Source: an uncultured Methylomirabilota bacterium
GTDB lineage: Bacteria; Methylomirabilota; Methylomirabilia; Methylomirabilales; 2-02-FULL-66-22
Reading direction: 5' to 3'
NCBI GenBank assembly: GCA_963705305.1
Contig: OY970067.1
Coordinates: 5,216,001-5,280,000 of the forward strand
Length of the DNA stretch: 64,000 nucleotides
Shown: piece after piece, positions 1 through 8,055 of the stretch
Layout of the letters: the number at the start of each line of letters is the position of its first letter
Numbering within the stretch: position 1 is the stretch's first letter
Translations under genes and position numbers: made by a program
The notes under the pieces: generated by a model
Database searches by the model: none
The model's input: only the letters and a program-made list of their open reading frames with translations
What the model was told of the DNA's origin: nothing

Positions 1-2
1 GA

Positions 3-326
3 ATGGCCAATCAGCTGGCCGTTCACTCCCCGGAGTTGAGCGCCGTGGTCCCCTTCTACGGGATGCCGCCTGCCCCTGAGGAGGTGCCTCAGATCAAGGC
101 GTCGTTACTTCTGCATTACGCTGGGCTGGATGAACGGATTAATCGGGGGATTCCGGCATACGAGGCCGCTTTAAAAAGGGCGTCCGTGGATTACCGGCTC
201 TATATGTATGAGGGCGCCAAGCATGGGTTTTTCAACGACTCAAACCCTGAGCGGTACAACCAGGAAGCGGCCCGACTCGCGTGGGAGCGCACCATTTCCT
301 TCTTGAAGGAGAAACTTCAAGAATAA
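3..326 (+). CDS. Dienelactone hydrolase family protein, C-terminal part (5' end outside window)
   Basis: AVVPFYG, LLLHYAGLDERIN and YEGAKHGFFND motifs, with the catalytic Asp/His region of the DLH family. Confidence 0.85.
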   Translation: MANQLAVHSPELSAVVPFYGMPPAPEEVPQIKASLLLHYAGLDERINRGIPAYEAALKRASVDYRLYMYEGAKHGFFNDSNPERYNQEAARLAWERTISFLKEKLQE

Positions 327-424
327 CGGTCGGTACGCCATCCACAGGGGTATCGTGGGTTGTCGGAACGAGGGGGAGGTCGGCAAGCGGCTGTGCCGGG
401 TTCCGAGCTTCCACGTTCAGCGGA

Positions 425-1684
425 TCATTTGCCCAAGCAGCACTGCTTGTACTTGCGGCCACTGCCACACGGACACGGGTCATTCCGACCCGTTCGGGGG
501 CTTGCCTGGGCAGTCTTCGCATGCGCCACCATCAGCTGGCGCTCAAGGGGCTGCCGGTGCGCGAGGGCGGATACCTGTGCCACGAAGGGCTGGCAGTGGG
601 TGAAGAAGCGCTTATAGCCCGCACACAGGTAGTTCAGGCCCTTCTCATCGTCGGGCATACGAAGGAGGCGATCCTTCGGGCACCCCCCGTGACACATCTG
701 CCGCACGTCGCAGGCCTGGCAATAGCGGGGTAACGTGTCCACCTTCGCCTGCCCGAATGCTCTCTGCGCGGGACATTCCAGCAGTTCGGCCAGGGGAGTC
801 TCCCGGATGTTCCCCAGGCGGTGGTCCGGGTTGACGAAGTGATCGCACGAGAAGACGTCGCCGTTGTGTTCGATGACGGGGACATCCCCGCAGGTCTCCC
901 GAAAGATACACAGCGCCTGCTCTCGCCCAAGGGCAGTTCGCGCCGCCTCCTCGAATATCTGCACCTTGATCCGCCCGATGTCCTGGCGCACCCATTCGTC
1001 GAAGATGGCGCAGAGAAAATTGCCCCAGGCGAGAGCGGGCACGCTGCGGAGGCTGACACCCCCCTCTCCGCCTGGCTGCGGTTCGACCAGAGGCAGGAAC
1101 TGCACGTATTGCGCCTTGATCTCCTTGAAGAACCGGTACACCGAGGTAGGTGACTGGACGTTCTGTGCATGGACCACGCACAGGATATCGCACGGGATGC
1201 GATGCTGCCGCAAGAGCTTATACCCCCGCATCGATCGCTTGTGGGTGGGGTGCTGGCCCTTGGTGACCCGGTAGAGATCGTGCAGATCCTGCGGTCCGTC
1301 CAGGCTGAGGCCTACCCCAAACCCCTCGACAGCCAAGAAGCGGCACCAGGCCTCGTCGAGGAGGGTGCCATTGGTCTGCATAGCGTTGGTGATGCGTCGG
1401 TGAGGAGGCTGATACTTGCGCTGCAGGGCCACAATTTTCCGAAAGTAGTCCAGCCCCAGGATGGTCGGTTCTCCGCCATGCCAGCAAAAGCTGATCACCG
1501 ACCCGGGCGAGGCCGCGATGTGCTGAACGATATACGCCTCCAGGAGGTCGTCGGGCATTCGATACGACTCGGTCTCTGGAAAAAGACGCTCCTTCTCCAG
1601 GTAGTAGCAGTAGTGACAGGCCAGGTTGCAAATCGAGCCAGCCGGTTTCGCAAACACCTGGAATTCGCGCGACGCTCTGACCAT
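425..1684 (-). CDS. Anaerobic sulfatase maturase (radical SAM/SPASM) with C-terminal SEC-C motif
   Basis: KPAGSICNLACHYCYY (CxxxCxxC), WHGGEP, SPASM cysteines (CDHF, CQACDVRQMCHGGCPK), terminal GRNDPCPCGSGRKYKQCC. Confidence 0.93.
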   Translation of the reverse strand: MVRASREFQVFAKPAGSICNLACHYCYYLEKERLFPETESYRMPDDLLEAYIVQHIAASPGSVISFCWHGGEPTILGLDYFRKIVALQRKYQPPHRRITNAMQTNGTLLDEAWCRFLAVEGFGVGLSLDGPQDLHDLYRVTKGQHPTHKRSMRGYKLLRQHRIPCDILCVVHAQNVQSPTSVYRFFKEIKAQYVQFLPLVEPQPGGEGGVSLRSVPALAWGNFLCAIFDEWVRQDIGRIKVQIFEEAARTALGREQALCIFRETCGDVPVIEHNGDVFSCDHFVNPDHRLGNIRETPLAELLECPAQRAFGQAKVDTLPRYCQACDVRQMCHGGCPKDRLLRMPDDEKGLNYLCAGYKRFFTHCQPFVAQVSALAHRQPLERQLMVAHAKTAQASPRTGRNDPCPCGSGRKYKQCCLGK

Positions 1685-1884
1685 TCGTCAATCCACCATT
1701 CTGCTCTGTCTCCACTGATGGGTCCACCGACAATGGTAATTCAAAGCGGCTCCCAACGCCAGCAGGCGCAGCAGTGGATACGTATTGCGATGAGGATAGA
1801 GGAGCGACCAAGTACAATAATAGGGGGGCAGTTTTTTGTTGCGTCCCTCGTGAGCGACCTGTTCGATCTCGCGGTTACCGTTCG

Positions 1885-2055
1885 CTATTTGGTCAACTTC
1901 GCAGCAGCCTTGCGGGCCGTTTCAAAGGCCTTATCGAATTCCTCCAGGGCAAAGTGATGGGTGAGCACGGGCGTGATGTCGATGTTGGCCGAATTGAGGA
2001 TGTCAGCCGCCTCGGTCCAGGTCGAGAACATTGTCCGTCTCGTGATCCCGTATAC
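1885..2055 (-). pseudogene. C-terminal fragment of a Zn-dependent alcohol dehydrogenase (L-threonine 3-dehydrogenase-like)
   Basis: Manual translation: VYGITRRTMFSTWTEAADILNSANIDITPVLTHHFALEEFDKAFETARK...*; matches the Tdh C-terminal pattern; N-terminus absent. Confidence 0.65.
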
Positions 2056-2059
2056 CGGG

Positions 2060-2360
2060 GAAGTAGGGGACGTTGCAAGTTACGTCGTCTTGAGCACCCT
2101 GCCCAGGAGGTGGCCCCACTCGCGCGCGAACGCCGCCCCTCGGCGGGTCGCCTGGTAGACCACGGCGGGGTGGATCCCCAAGAGGGGCGCGAGGAAACGC
2201 CCGGGGTGCCCGAGCCGCTCCACCCAGAGGTAGGCGATCCCGGCCCGGGCACGGGAGACGGCCGGGCTACGGCCCCCGCCCCGAAGGGCCGCAGGCGAGA
2301 TCCCCACGTGGGCGCAGAGCGGCTCCGGGGCGTCGGCGGGCACGAGCCGCCGCACGGCCG
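2060..2360 (-). mobile_element. Remnant of an IS200/RAYT-like (Y1 HUH) transposase C-terminal HTH region and element end
   Basis: LCAHVGISPAALRGGGRSPAVSRARAGIAYLWVERLGHPGRFLAPLLGIHPAVVYQA resembles the DnaA-C-like tail of RAYT-type transposases; followed by GCAACGTCCCC. Confidence 0.45.
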
Positions 2361-2361
2361 G

Positions 2362-2906
2362 GCGACGGTGCTCTTCGATCGGTTCCACCTCACCCGGTAC
2401 GCGACCGACGCCGTAGACACCGTCCGGCGGCAGATGTGGCGGCAGCTGGCCGAGGCGGAGAAACTGGCCTTCAAGCGGACGCGGTTCCTCTGGCTGAAGA
2501 ACCCGGAGAACCTCCGCCGGGACGAACGGACCGGCCTGTCGGGGCTCCTGCGGCTGAATGCTCCCATCGTGCGGGCGTACCTCCTCAAGGAGGACCTCCG
2601 CCGGTTCTGGGACTACCGGTATACCGCCTGGGCCGAGGTCCACCTCCGGCAGTGGTGCTGGCAGGCGAGCCACAGCCGGCTGGCCCCCTTCACGAAGCTG
2701 GCGCAGACCCTCCGGACCCATCGGGATAACATCCTGGCGTGGACCACGCTCCGGGTCACCAACGGGGCCCAGGAGGGCATGGACAACAAGGCGAAGGCGA
2801 TCAGTCATCGGGCGTTCGGCTTCCGGACAACGTGGACGTACATTGCGACCATCTACCACTGCTGTGCGGAGCTCCCGCTTCCCTGACACTTTCGGGAGAG
2901 GGGCCC
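2362..2906 (+). mobile_element. ISL3-family transposase, C-terminal fragment with probable right end
   Basis: VLFDRFHL, AYLLKEDLRRFW, TNGAQEGMDNKAKAISHRAFGFRT (ISL3 DDE C-terminus); CACTTTCGGGAGAGGGGCC just after the stop resembles an ISL3 terminal repeat. Confidence 0.85.
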
Positions 2907-2931
2907 CTTATTGCTTTCAATAAGAACCCCA

Positions 2932-3402
2932 TCAGCGATCCGAGGTGGGGGCCGGTATCGTTTCCGTCGGGTTCCCTTCTTTGGCTAAGGAAAGCGCCAC
3001 GTCAACATCGGAGCCTAAACCGGATACGGGCCACCACTCGTGGCTCGAATTAACTTCCGTTCCGAGTTTCTGGCCCTTCCCATCATAGAACACTCTCAGG
3101 ACCCACCGATAGTGGCGTGGCGTGCGCAAGTCCACCTCATATTTCGTCACGTATTTAGCAAACGGAGGCGCTTGATTCGCCCGCAAGGGAGGGTCCCACA
3201 GGAAATATTTAGACGTGGCATCCTCCAGGATCCAATACGTCAGAGTGTCGCCGTGTTTCACGGCACTGTCTGCGTCCACATAGCTCGCTCTGGCTGCTCC
3301 GGGAAGTTTCACCCACTGTGCTGCAGATGCGCTCCCCGCGGTAAGGGCGACCAACATCAATGGCCCCAACACCGCGGTCACCAGTCGTTTTGTCCTGTTC
3401 AC
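2932..3402 (-). CDS. Secreted hypothetical protein (possibly surface-adhesin E-like fold)
   Basis: GTG start after GAGG; signal peptide ending ASA-AQWVKL; YVDADS and YWILED pattern. Confidence 0.6.
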   Translation of the reverse strand: MNRTKRLVTAVLGPLMLVALTAGSASAAQWVKLPGAARASYVDADSAVKHGDTLTYWILEDATSKYFLWDPPLRANQAPPFAKYVTKYEVDLRTPRHYRWVLRVFYDGKGQKLGTEVNSSHEWWPVSGLGSDVDVALSLAKEGNPTETIPAPTSDR

Positions 3403-3538
3403 GTTTCGACCTCGCTGGATGTATTTCTGCTTGCCAGATCTGGAGTTCACCTTCTACCTAGATCCTCACGTCGGCAAATCTGGGGATTGAGACGAGCGAG
3501 TTCGCGTCCACTGGTTGCACGAACAATTCGGTCCTGTC

Positions 3539-3928
3539 CTACGTCGGCTTATTGGTCCTCAGCGCTTTAATCTCCTCCATCATGAGACGGATATCCTCGG
3601 GATTCCCCTGGTGCCGCTCTCGACTCTCGATGACCCGCTTCGCTTTCCGGATCAACTCTTGGCGTACTTCCTCGGACGGTGGGCACTTCAACCGCCCATC
3701 GCTCGGGTCATAATTTCGTTTAAACGCGTTGCAGCGGAAACACGCCACGACCAGATTCTCCGACTTCTCCTCGCCGCCTATTGCTTTTGGGATGCGGCGG
3801 TCCGAGGCGAGTTGTCGCCACGTTGAGTACATCGTTCCATCAAAGCCGCAATAGGCGCATTCACAACCTCCCTGCACAAACGCTCCCTACCCTCCAGGAA
3901 ATGACCGGTCCCAGCCAATCTTCGACAT
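3539..3928 (-). pseudogene. HNH endonuclease interrupted by an in-frame TAG
   Basis: GGAGG RBS plus ATG at 3928 gives MSKIGWDRSFPGG*GAFVQGGCECAYCG...SDRRIPKAIGG...NLVVACFRCNAFK; the usual DH His reads DR. Confidence 0.7.
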
Positions 3929-4096
3929 GGGGTCCTCCAGTCATCCAGCTTCTCATAGTATCTCGGCACGATGGGTCAGATGGATAACCCATGTGCATCA
4001 AGGCAGCGAAATGTATAACCCCCCGATTCCACCAGAACAATGCTCATTATCGGTCATTAAGCGATTCAAGAACTCTTCCACCTCGATACCGATCCT

Positions 4097-4405
4097 CTAC
4101 TCCTTCTTCGGCTCTACAGTACTAACCTCCTTTGGCTTCGCACTCACCCTTCGCTTTTTGACCACCTTAGCAGCGGCCTTTTTGCGATCGGCCCAATATT
4201 TCCGCATGCGCTGACTGATCCGTTTTCTCGCTGCCGCACTCATTTTTCGCGTATTGCGGGATCTGGGTTTGACGGCTGAGGACTTCCTACTGCGAGATCG
4301 TCCCAATACTGCTTGAACTGAAGCAATCTGACGATCCAGGTGTGCCCGCTCTTGTTCGAGTTGCCCAAGTGCTTTGATGAGTATTGTTCTTAATTGAAAA
4401 GCCAC
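4097..4405 (-). CDS. Small basic protein with N-terminal coiled coil (putative nucleic-acid binding)
   Basis: AAGGAGG RBS; LEQERAHLDRQIASV coiled coil; MSAAARKRISQRMRKYWADRKK; very K/R rich. Confidence 0.75.
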   Translation of the reverse strand: MAFQLRTILIKALGQLEQERAHLDRQIASVQAVLGRSRSRKSSAVKPRSRNTRKMSAAARKRISQRMRKYWADRKKAAAKVVKKRRVSAKPKEVSTVEPKKE

Positions 4406-4450
4406 ACATCCTCCTTGCTAATTGGAAAAAGAAGGTTTATGTGTTTTTTA

Positions 4451-4479
4451 TCTATATTTGCTTCCTAGGCATTTGTCAA
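4451..4479 (-). promoter_or_regulatory. Sigma70-type promoter for the basic protein gene
   Basis: TTGACA-N17-TATAGA on the minus strand, in AT-rich DNA. Confidence 0.6.
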
Positions 4480-4746
4480 GTTTACCACGTTGCGCCCGAG
4501 TATTTCGTTCACATTCGCTTAAATTGAAAACCTAGACAACTGCTGGAAGGACGGTGAGAACGATGCTACTGGGATGCGCGATGAAATATGTAAAACGGAT
4601 TCGAGAGAGGACGAAGTAGCAAGTGCGAAGAAAGGGTTAGAAAGCATTTTACCTGAGGAAGATGAAGCGCCGTAGTCTGGGTATTATATGGCTTCCCAAG
4701 AGGGCGAAGATCGGCACTAGATGGAAAGGGGTTCGGTGGCGTGAAG

Positions 4747-4818
4747 GCTTAACGCTCGCGTTCACCAGCCGTGAGCGAGCATTGCGGTCGAGCGGGTTGG
4801 TGCAGCGCGGGGTTGGAC
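4747..4818 (-). mobile_element. Integron attC recombination site
   Basis: Minus strand: R'' GTCCAAC, 5 nt, L'' GCTGCACC ... L' GGTGAAC, 6 nt, R' GTTAAGC; imperfect palindrome with an extra base in L''. Confidence 0.8.
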
Positions 4819-4897
4819 AGGCCCAGGAACACAGCACCCCCCGCTCGCGCTCAGGGGCATGTGGACCTGGCCCGGTGTCGCGGACACAAGCAAGCAG

Positions 4898-5165
4898 TCA
4901 CTCACGGTCTCCCGGATTGTTGGCGTAGAGGTCGATGCCGTTCGCGTTCGCGTACGCTTCTGCTTGTGACTGGTCCATCGTGTCCGCCCACTCACCGCAA
5001 CTCCAGAACGTCTTCGCCCATGCCTGTGATCGCGTCCATCACGTACGGACTGCCAAACGTCCACTGTCGGTCGCGCCAGACCTCTGGGTAAAACAACTTC
5101 CCCGGCGAGCTTCGCTGGCGGATCAAGCCGTACTTGTCGCTGAACCAGAACTTGAACTCAACCAC
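4898..5165 (-). pseudogene. Integron cassette gene, hypothetical protein with a one-base frameshift
   Basis: AGGAG RBS plus GTG; VEFKFWFSDKYGLIRQ...VMDAITGMGEDV then, in the shifted frame, WSCGEWADTMDQSQAEAYANANGIDLYANNPGDRE*; 268 nt = 3n+1. Confidence 0.55.
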
Positions 5166-5241
5166 GGCTTGCTCCTGTCGGTGCGCCCGAACGGCCAAGT
5201 AACAGCTATCGTGCAAGCATGCAGACTCCGTGCTGACGGCT

Positions 5242-5310
5242 CTGCCCAACTGCGCATATATGACTTCCGCAGAAGAACCATATCTGGCATTGGGTTCGCA
5301 TAACACCCAA
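5242..5310 (-). mobile_element. Putative attI site / cassette 5' boundary
   Basis: GTTGGGCAG core (5250-5242) is 8/9 complementary to the cassette R'' side CTGTCCAAC; no hairpin upstream, so attI-like rather than attC. Confidence 0.5.
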
Positions 5311-5348
5311 TGAATCGCAGGGGGAGAAGCGAAAGAATCGGTGGAGGG

Positions 5349-5377
5349 AGCGTATCGAAGGCTGTATACGGTGTCAA
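5349..5377 (-). promoter_or_regulatory. Sigma70-type promoter facing the cassette (Pc-like)
   Basis: TTGACA-N17-TACGCT on the minus strand, about 100 nt upstream of the attI-like core. Confidence 0.6.
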
Positions 5378-5867
5378 CCAGAATTGGCCTCAGCCCAGAA
5401 ACACGGGAACACGGATGGCAGAAAATGTTGAGGTGACGAAAGAGAATCGCCTAGGTGAGATATGGCTGTCCAGAGAAGATTGAAACAGGCTGCGATAACC
5501 CTGCTGAAGGTGTCGAGAAAAATATTGGTCTCTCAGGTGGCGGGTTTAATTTCGATATGCAGCATTCTCGGACCAGCAACACGGGTTACCGGCACCTTAA
5601 GATGAGCATGATGAGCGAAATCAGACTTTAAGCAGGTCGGAGAATTTCCAGAAATTCTATTGGCCAAAAGCCGTCGAATCCCCTTGGCCATCCGACCCCG
5701 AGTTGCAGAAGTTTGTTCTTGAATCCTATCGCCAAAAAAATCTCAATTGTACACTTACCAGAACAACTGCTATCGAATTGGCAGTGCTACTAAATCGCCA
5801 CCTGTTGTGCCACCTCCAGCCCCTTCCAGTCCCCTGTGGCTTTTTTGCCACAGTAACCCAAGTACCT

Positions 5868-5903
5868 ATAAAAACTACAACCCACGGAATTCGTGGGTTG
5901 TAG
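5868..5903 (-). terminator. Intrinsic terminator downstream of tRNA-Sec
   Basis: Perfect 12-bp stem CTACAACCCACG / CGTGGGTTGTAG, 5-nt loop, followed by TTTTTAT on the minus strand. Confidence 0.8.
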
Positions 5904-5910
5904 AAAAAGC

Positions 5911-6005
5911 TGGCGGAGGCGTGTGGGAATCGAACCCACCTAGCACGGGTTAGGCGCCACGCTGGTTTTGAAGACCAGGAGGGCCACCAGGCCCAATCCG
6001 CCTCC
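5911..6005 (-). tRNA. selC: tRNA-Sec (anticodon UCA)
   Basis: 95 nt; GGAGGCG acceptor; anticodon arm CTGGT-CTTCAAA-ACCAG; long variable arm; GGTTCGATTCC T-loop; encoded CCA; selB 2 kb away. Confidence 0.96.
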
Positions 6006-6092
6006 GGGGGGTGACCATGCTGGTCGACGATGCGACCGCCATTTCCCAGCCAACCGCCGGTACGACATAGGGGTCCGGGACTCTCAACGCTA

Positions 6093-6452
6093 TCAGGACT
6101 TTTGGCTTGGCGGCGGGGCGATACCTTTGGCCTTGTTGATAAAATCCGCAATCAGCTCCGAGTCTTCCTTCTTCATGTGCAAGAACTTGATGCCCATGCC
6201 GGCCGGGAACGAAGTCCGAGACGGAGTGCTGTTCGTCCACACCACGATTCCCTGAACTTCAAAACGATGATCGACTCCCGGCAAAGTGAAGCGCACAACC
6301 ACCGGCCGGTTCAGAGTTAGGGGCTGCTGCGTTCGGATGAAGATTCCGCCGCCACTGATGTTCTTGCTATAGGCCGCCAGAAACTCCTGCGCCGTTCGAT
6401 ACTGAACCTCCAGTTCAGCCTCGACCCGGTCTTCCCGCCGCCGCTCGGCCAT
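6093..6452 (-). CDS. PilZ-domain protein (TIGR02266-like)
   Basis: ERRREDR (RxxxR), NISGGGIFIRT (D/NxSxxG) and GMGIKF motifs. Confidence 0.88.
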   Translation of the reverse strand: MAERRREDRVEAELEVQYRTAQEFLAAYSKNISGGGIFIRTQQPLTLNRPVVVRFTLPGVDHRFEVQGIVVWTNSTPSRTSFPAGMGIKFLHMKKEDSELIADFINKAKGIAPPPSQKS

Positions 6453-6610
6453 GCACACATCCTCCTCGGTTCTGTTGCCCGCTCAAACCCGTGTGACGCT
6501 ACCAAAGCGCGCTCCAGAACACAAGAAAAATAAGAGCGTGTTTCATTGCGTGCAAACGACCGGTCCAGTATGATTTCCAAGAGATTGCCCTTCAACGGAA
6601 AGAACTGGTC

Positions 6611-6704
6611 AACCGCCATGACGCCAAGGCCGCTCCTTTCAATTTCGAACTTCGAAATTCGAATTTTCCCCTGGCGCCTTGGCGGTGAGATATTTCCGGA
6701 AGGG
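6611..6704. repeat. REP-like palindromic intergenic repeat, copy 1
   Basis: ACCGCCATGACGCCAAGG...CCTGGCGCCTTGGCGGTGAGATATTT; near-identical copy at 59447-59533. Confidence 0.85.
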
Positions 6705-6721
6705 AGTTAGGAGGGGATCGA

Positions 6722-7696
6722 ATGCTGACGGCCGTGCCGGGATTTCAGGTGGGACATGCCACCGATGAGACAGGCTGCACCGGATGCACGGTCATCCTGT
6801 GCCCCGAGGGAACGGTGGGCGGAGTGGATATCCGAGGATCCGCTTCCGGAACGCGGGAGATGGACGCGCTGTCCCCGCTCCACCTCGTGCCGCACGTGCA
6901 CGCGGTCCTGCTGGCCGGCGGTTCCGCATTCGGCCTGGATGCAGCCGCCGGCGTCATGCGCTACCTGGAAGAGCGCGGGGTCGGCTTTGATGTGGGCCTG
7001 ACCCACGTGCCCATCGTTCCCACCGCCATCCTGTTCGACCTTCGCCTGGGCGACCCCCGCGCCCGCCCGGACGCGGGCATGGCCTACGCGGCCTGCCGCC
7101 ACGCCTCCGCGGGTCCGGTCCCGGAAGGCTCGGTGGGGGCCGGAGCCGGCGCCTCGGTCGGAAAGCTCTTCGGCATCAGCCGGGCCATGAAGTCGGGGCT
7201 CGGCACGGCCTGGCGGGAGCTGTCCGGGGGAGTGCGCATCGCCGCTCTGGTCGTGGTGAATGCGTTCGGTGACGTGCGGGATCCGCATACCGGAAACTTG
7301 CTGGCCGGAGCGCGGGAGGCGCCCGGCAGCCGACGCCTGGTGGATACCGCTGAGGCCATGCGACAGGGCAGCGCCCCCCGGGGCTACAAGCCGGAAAATA
7401 CGACCCTGGCCGTTGTTGCCACCGATGCCCGGTTCGACAAGGTCCAGGCGACCAAGCTGGCCCAAATGGCACAGCACGGCCTGGTGCGGACTATCAGCCC
7501 CGTCCACACCATGCTGGATGGAGACCTGGTCATCGCCCTGGCCGGGGGTGAGGGACAGGTAGAGTTAAACGCCGCCGGCGTGATCGCCGCCGACGTCGTC
7601 GCCGAGGCCGTCCTGCGCGCTATCCGACAGGCCAAGTCGCTGGCCGGCCTGCCCGCCTGGGCGGACCTGCAGCCCGCCCAGGCGGGCCCCGACTGA
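6722..7696 (+). CDS. P1/S58 family peptidase (DmpA-like)
   Basis: VGH, TGCTV, GTRE, GGSAFGLDAA, ENTTL autoprocessing site, HTMLDGD. Confidence 0.9.
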   Translation: MLTAVPGFQVGHATDETGCTGCTVILCPEGTVGGVDIRGSASGTREMDALSPLHLVPHVHAVLLAGGSAFGLDAAAGVMRYLEERGVGFDVGLTHVPIVPTAILFDLRLGDPRARPDAGMAYAACRHASAGPVPEGSVGAGAGASVGKLFGISRAMKSGLGTAWRELSGGVRIAALVVVNAFGDVRDPHTGNLLAGAREAPGSRRLVDTAEAMRQGSAPRGYKPENTTLAVVATDARFDKVQATKLAQMAQHGLVRTISPVHTMLDGDLVIALAGGEGQVELNAAGVIAADVVAEAVLRAIRQAKSLAGLPAWADLQPAQAGPD

Positions 7697-7712
7697 TCCG
7701 AAATCCGCTGTC

Positions 7713-7913
7713 TTAGGCCTTCTTGTTCCTGGAATCCTTCTCGTCGTTCTTCTTGGGGGTCACGTCGATCGCATCCTTGCCTGCCACCGAGTCCTTGAAT
7801 CCGCGGATGGCTTTGCCGAGGCCGCTTCCGATATCCCCCAGGCGGTTGGTCCCGAAGATCAGCAGGATGATGACAAGGATGACGAGAAGCTCCGGCAAAC
7901 CCATCCCGAACAT
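7713..7913 (-). CDS. tatA: Twin-arginine translocase TatA/TatE subunit
   Basis: [21 protein letters not shown]...LGKAIRGFK. Confidence 0.93.
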   Translation of the reverse strand: MFGMGLPELLVILVIILLIFGTNRLGDIGSGLGKAIRGFKDSVAGKDAIDVTPKKNDEKDSRNKKA

Positions 7914-8055
7914 GGCACTTCTCCTTGGAAGTTAACACCGATGATGGCCTAGAATCCCCTAGCTTCCGGAGGATGTCAACCGAAAATGGGGCCGGGCGCT
8001 CCCCGCCATCCGCGTCCCACGTGCCGCTGGGGCCAGCCCCGCTTCCCCGCCTTGA

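Noticed and set aside
4040..4096. IGIEVEEFLNRL peptide resembling a HicA toxin C-terminus
   Set aside because: Too short, and no start codon or upstream homology
5400..5800. Possible integrase remnant beside selC
   Set aside because: Translations show no tyrosine- or serine-recombinase motifs; left as unidentified decayed sequence
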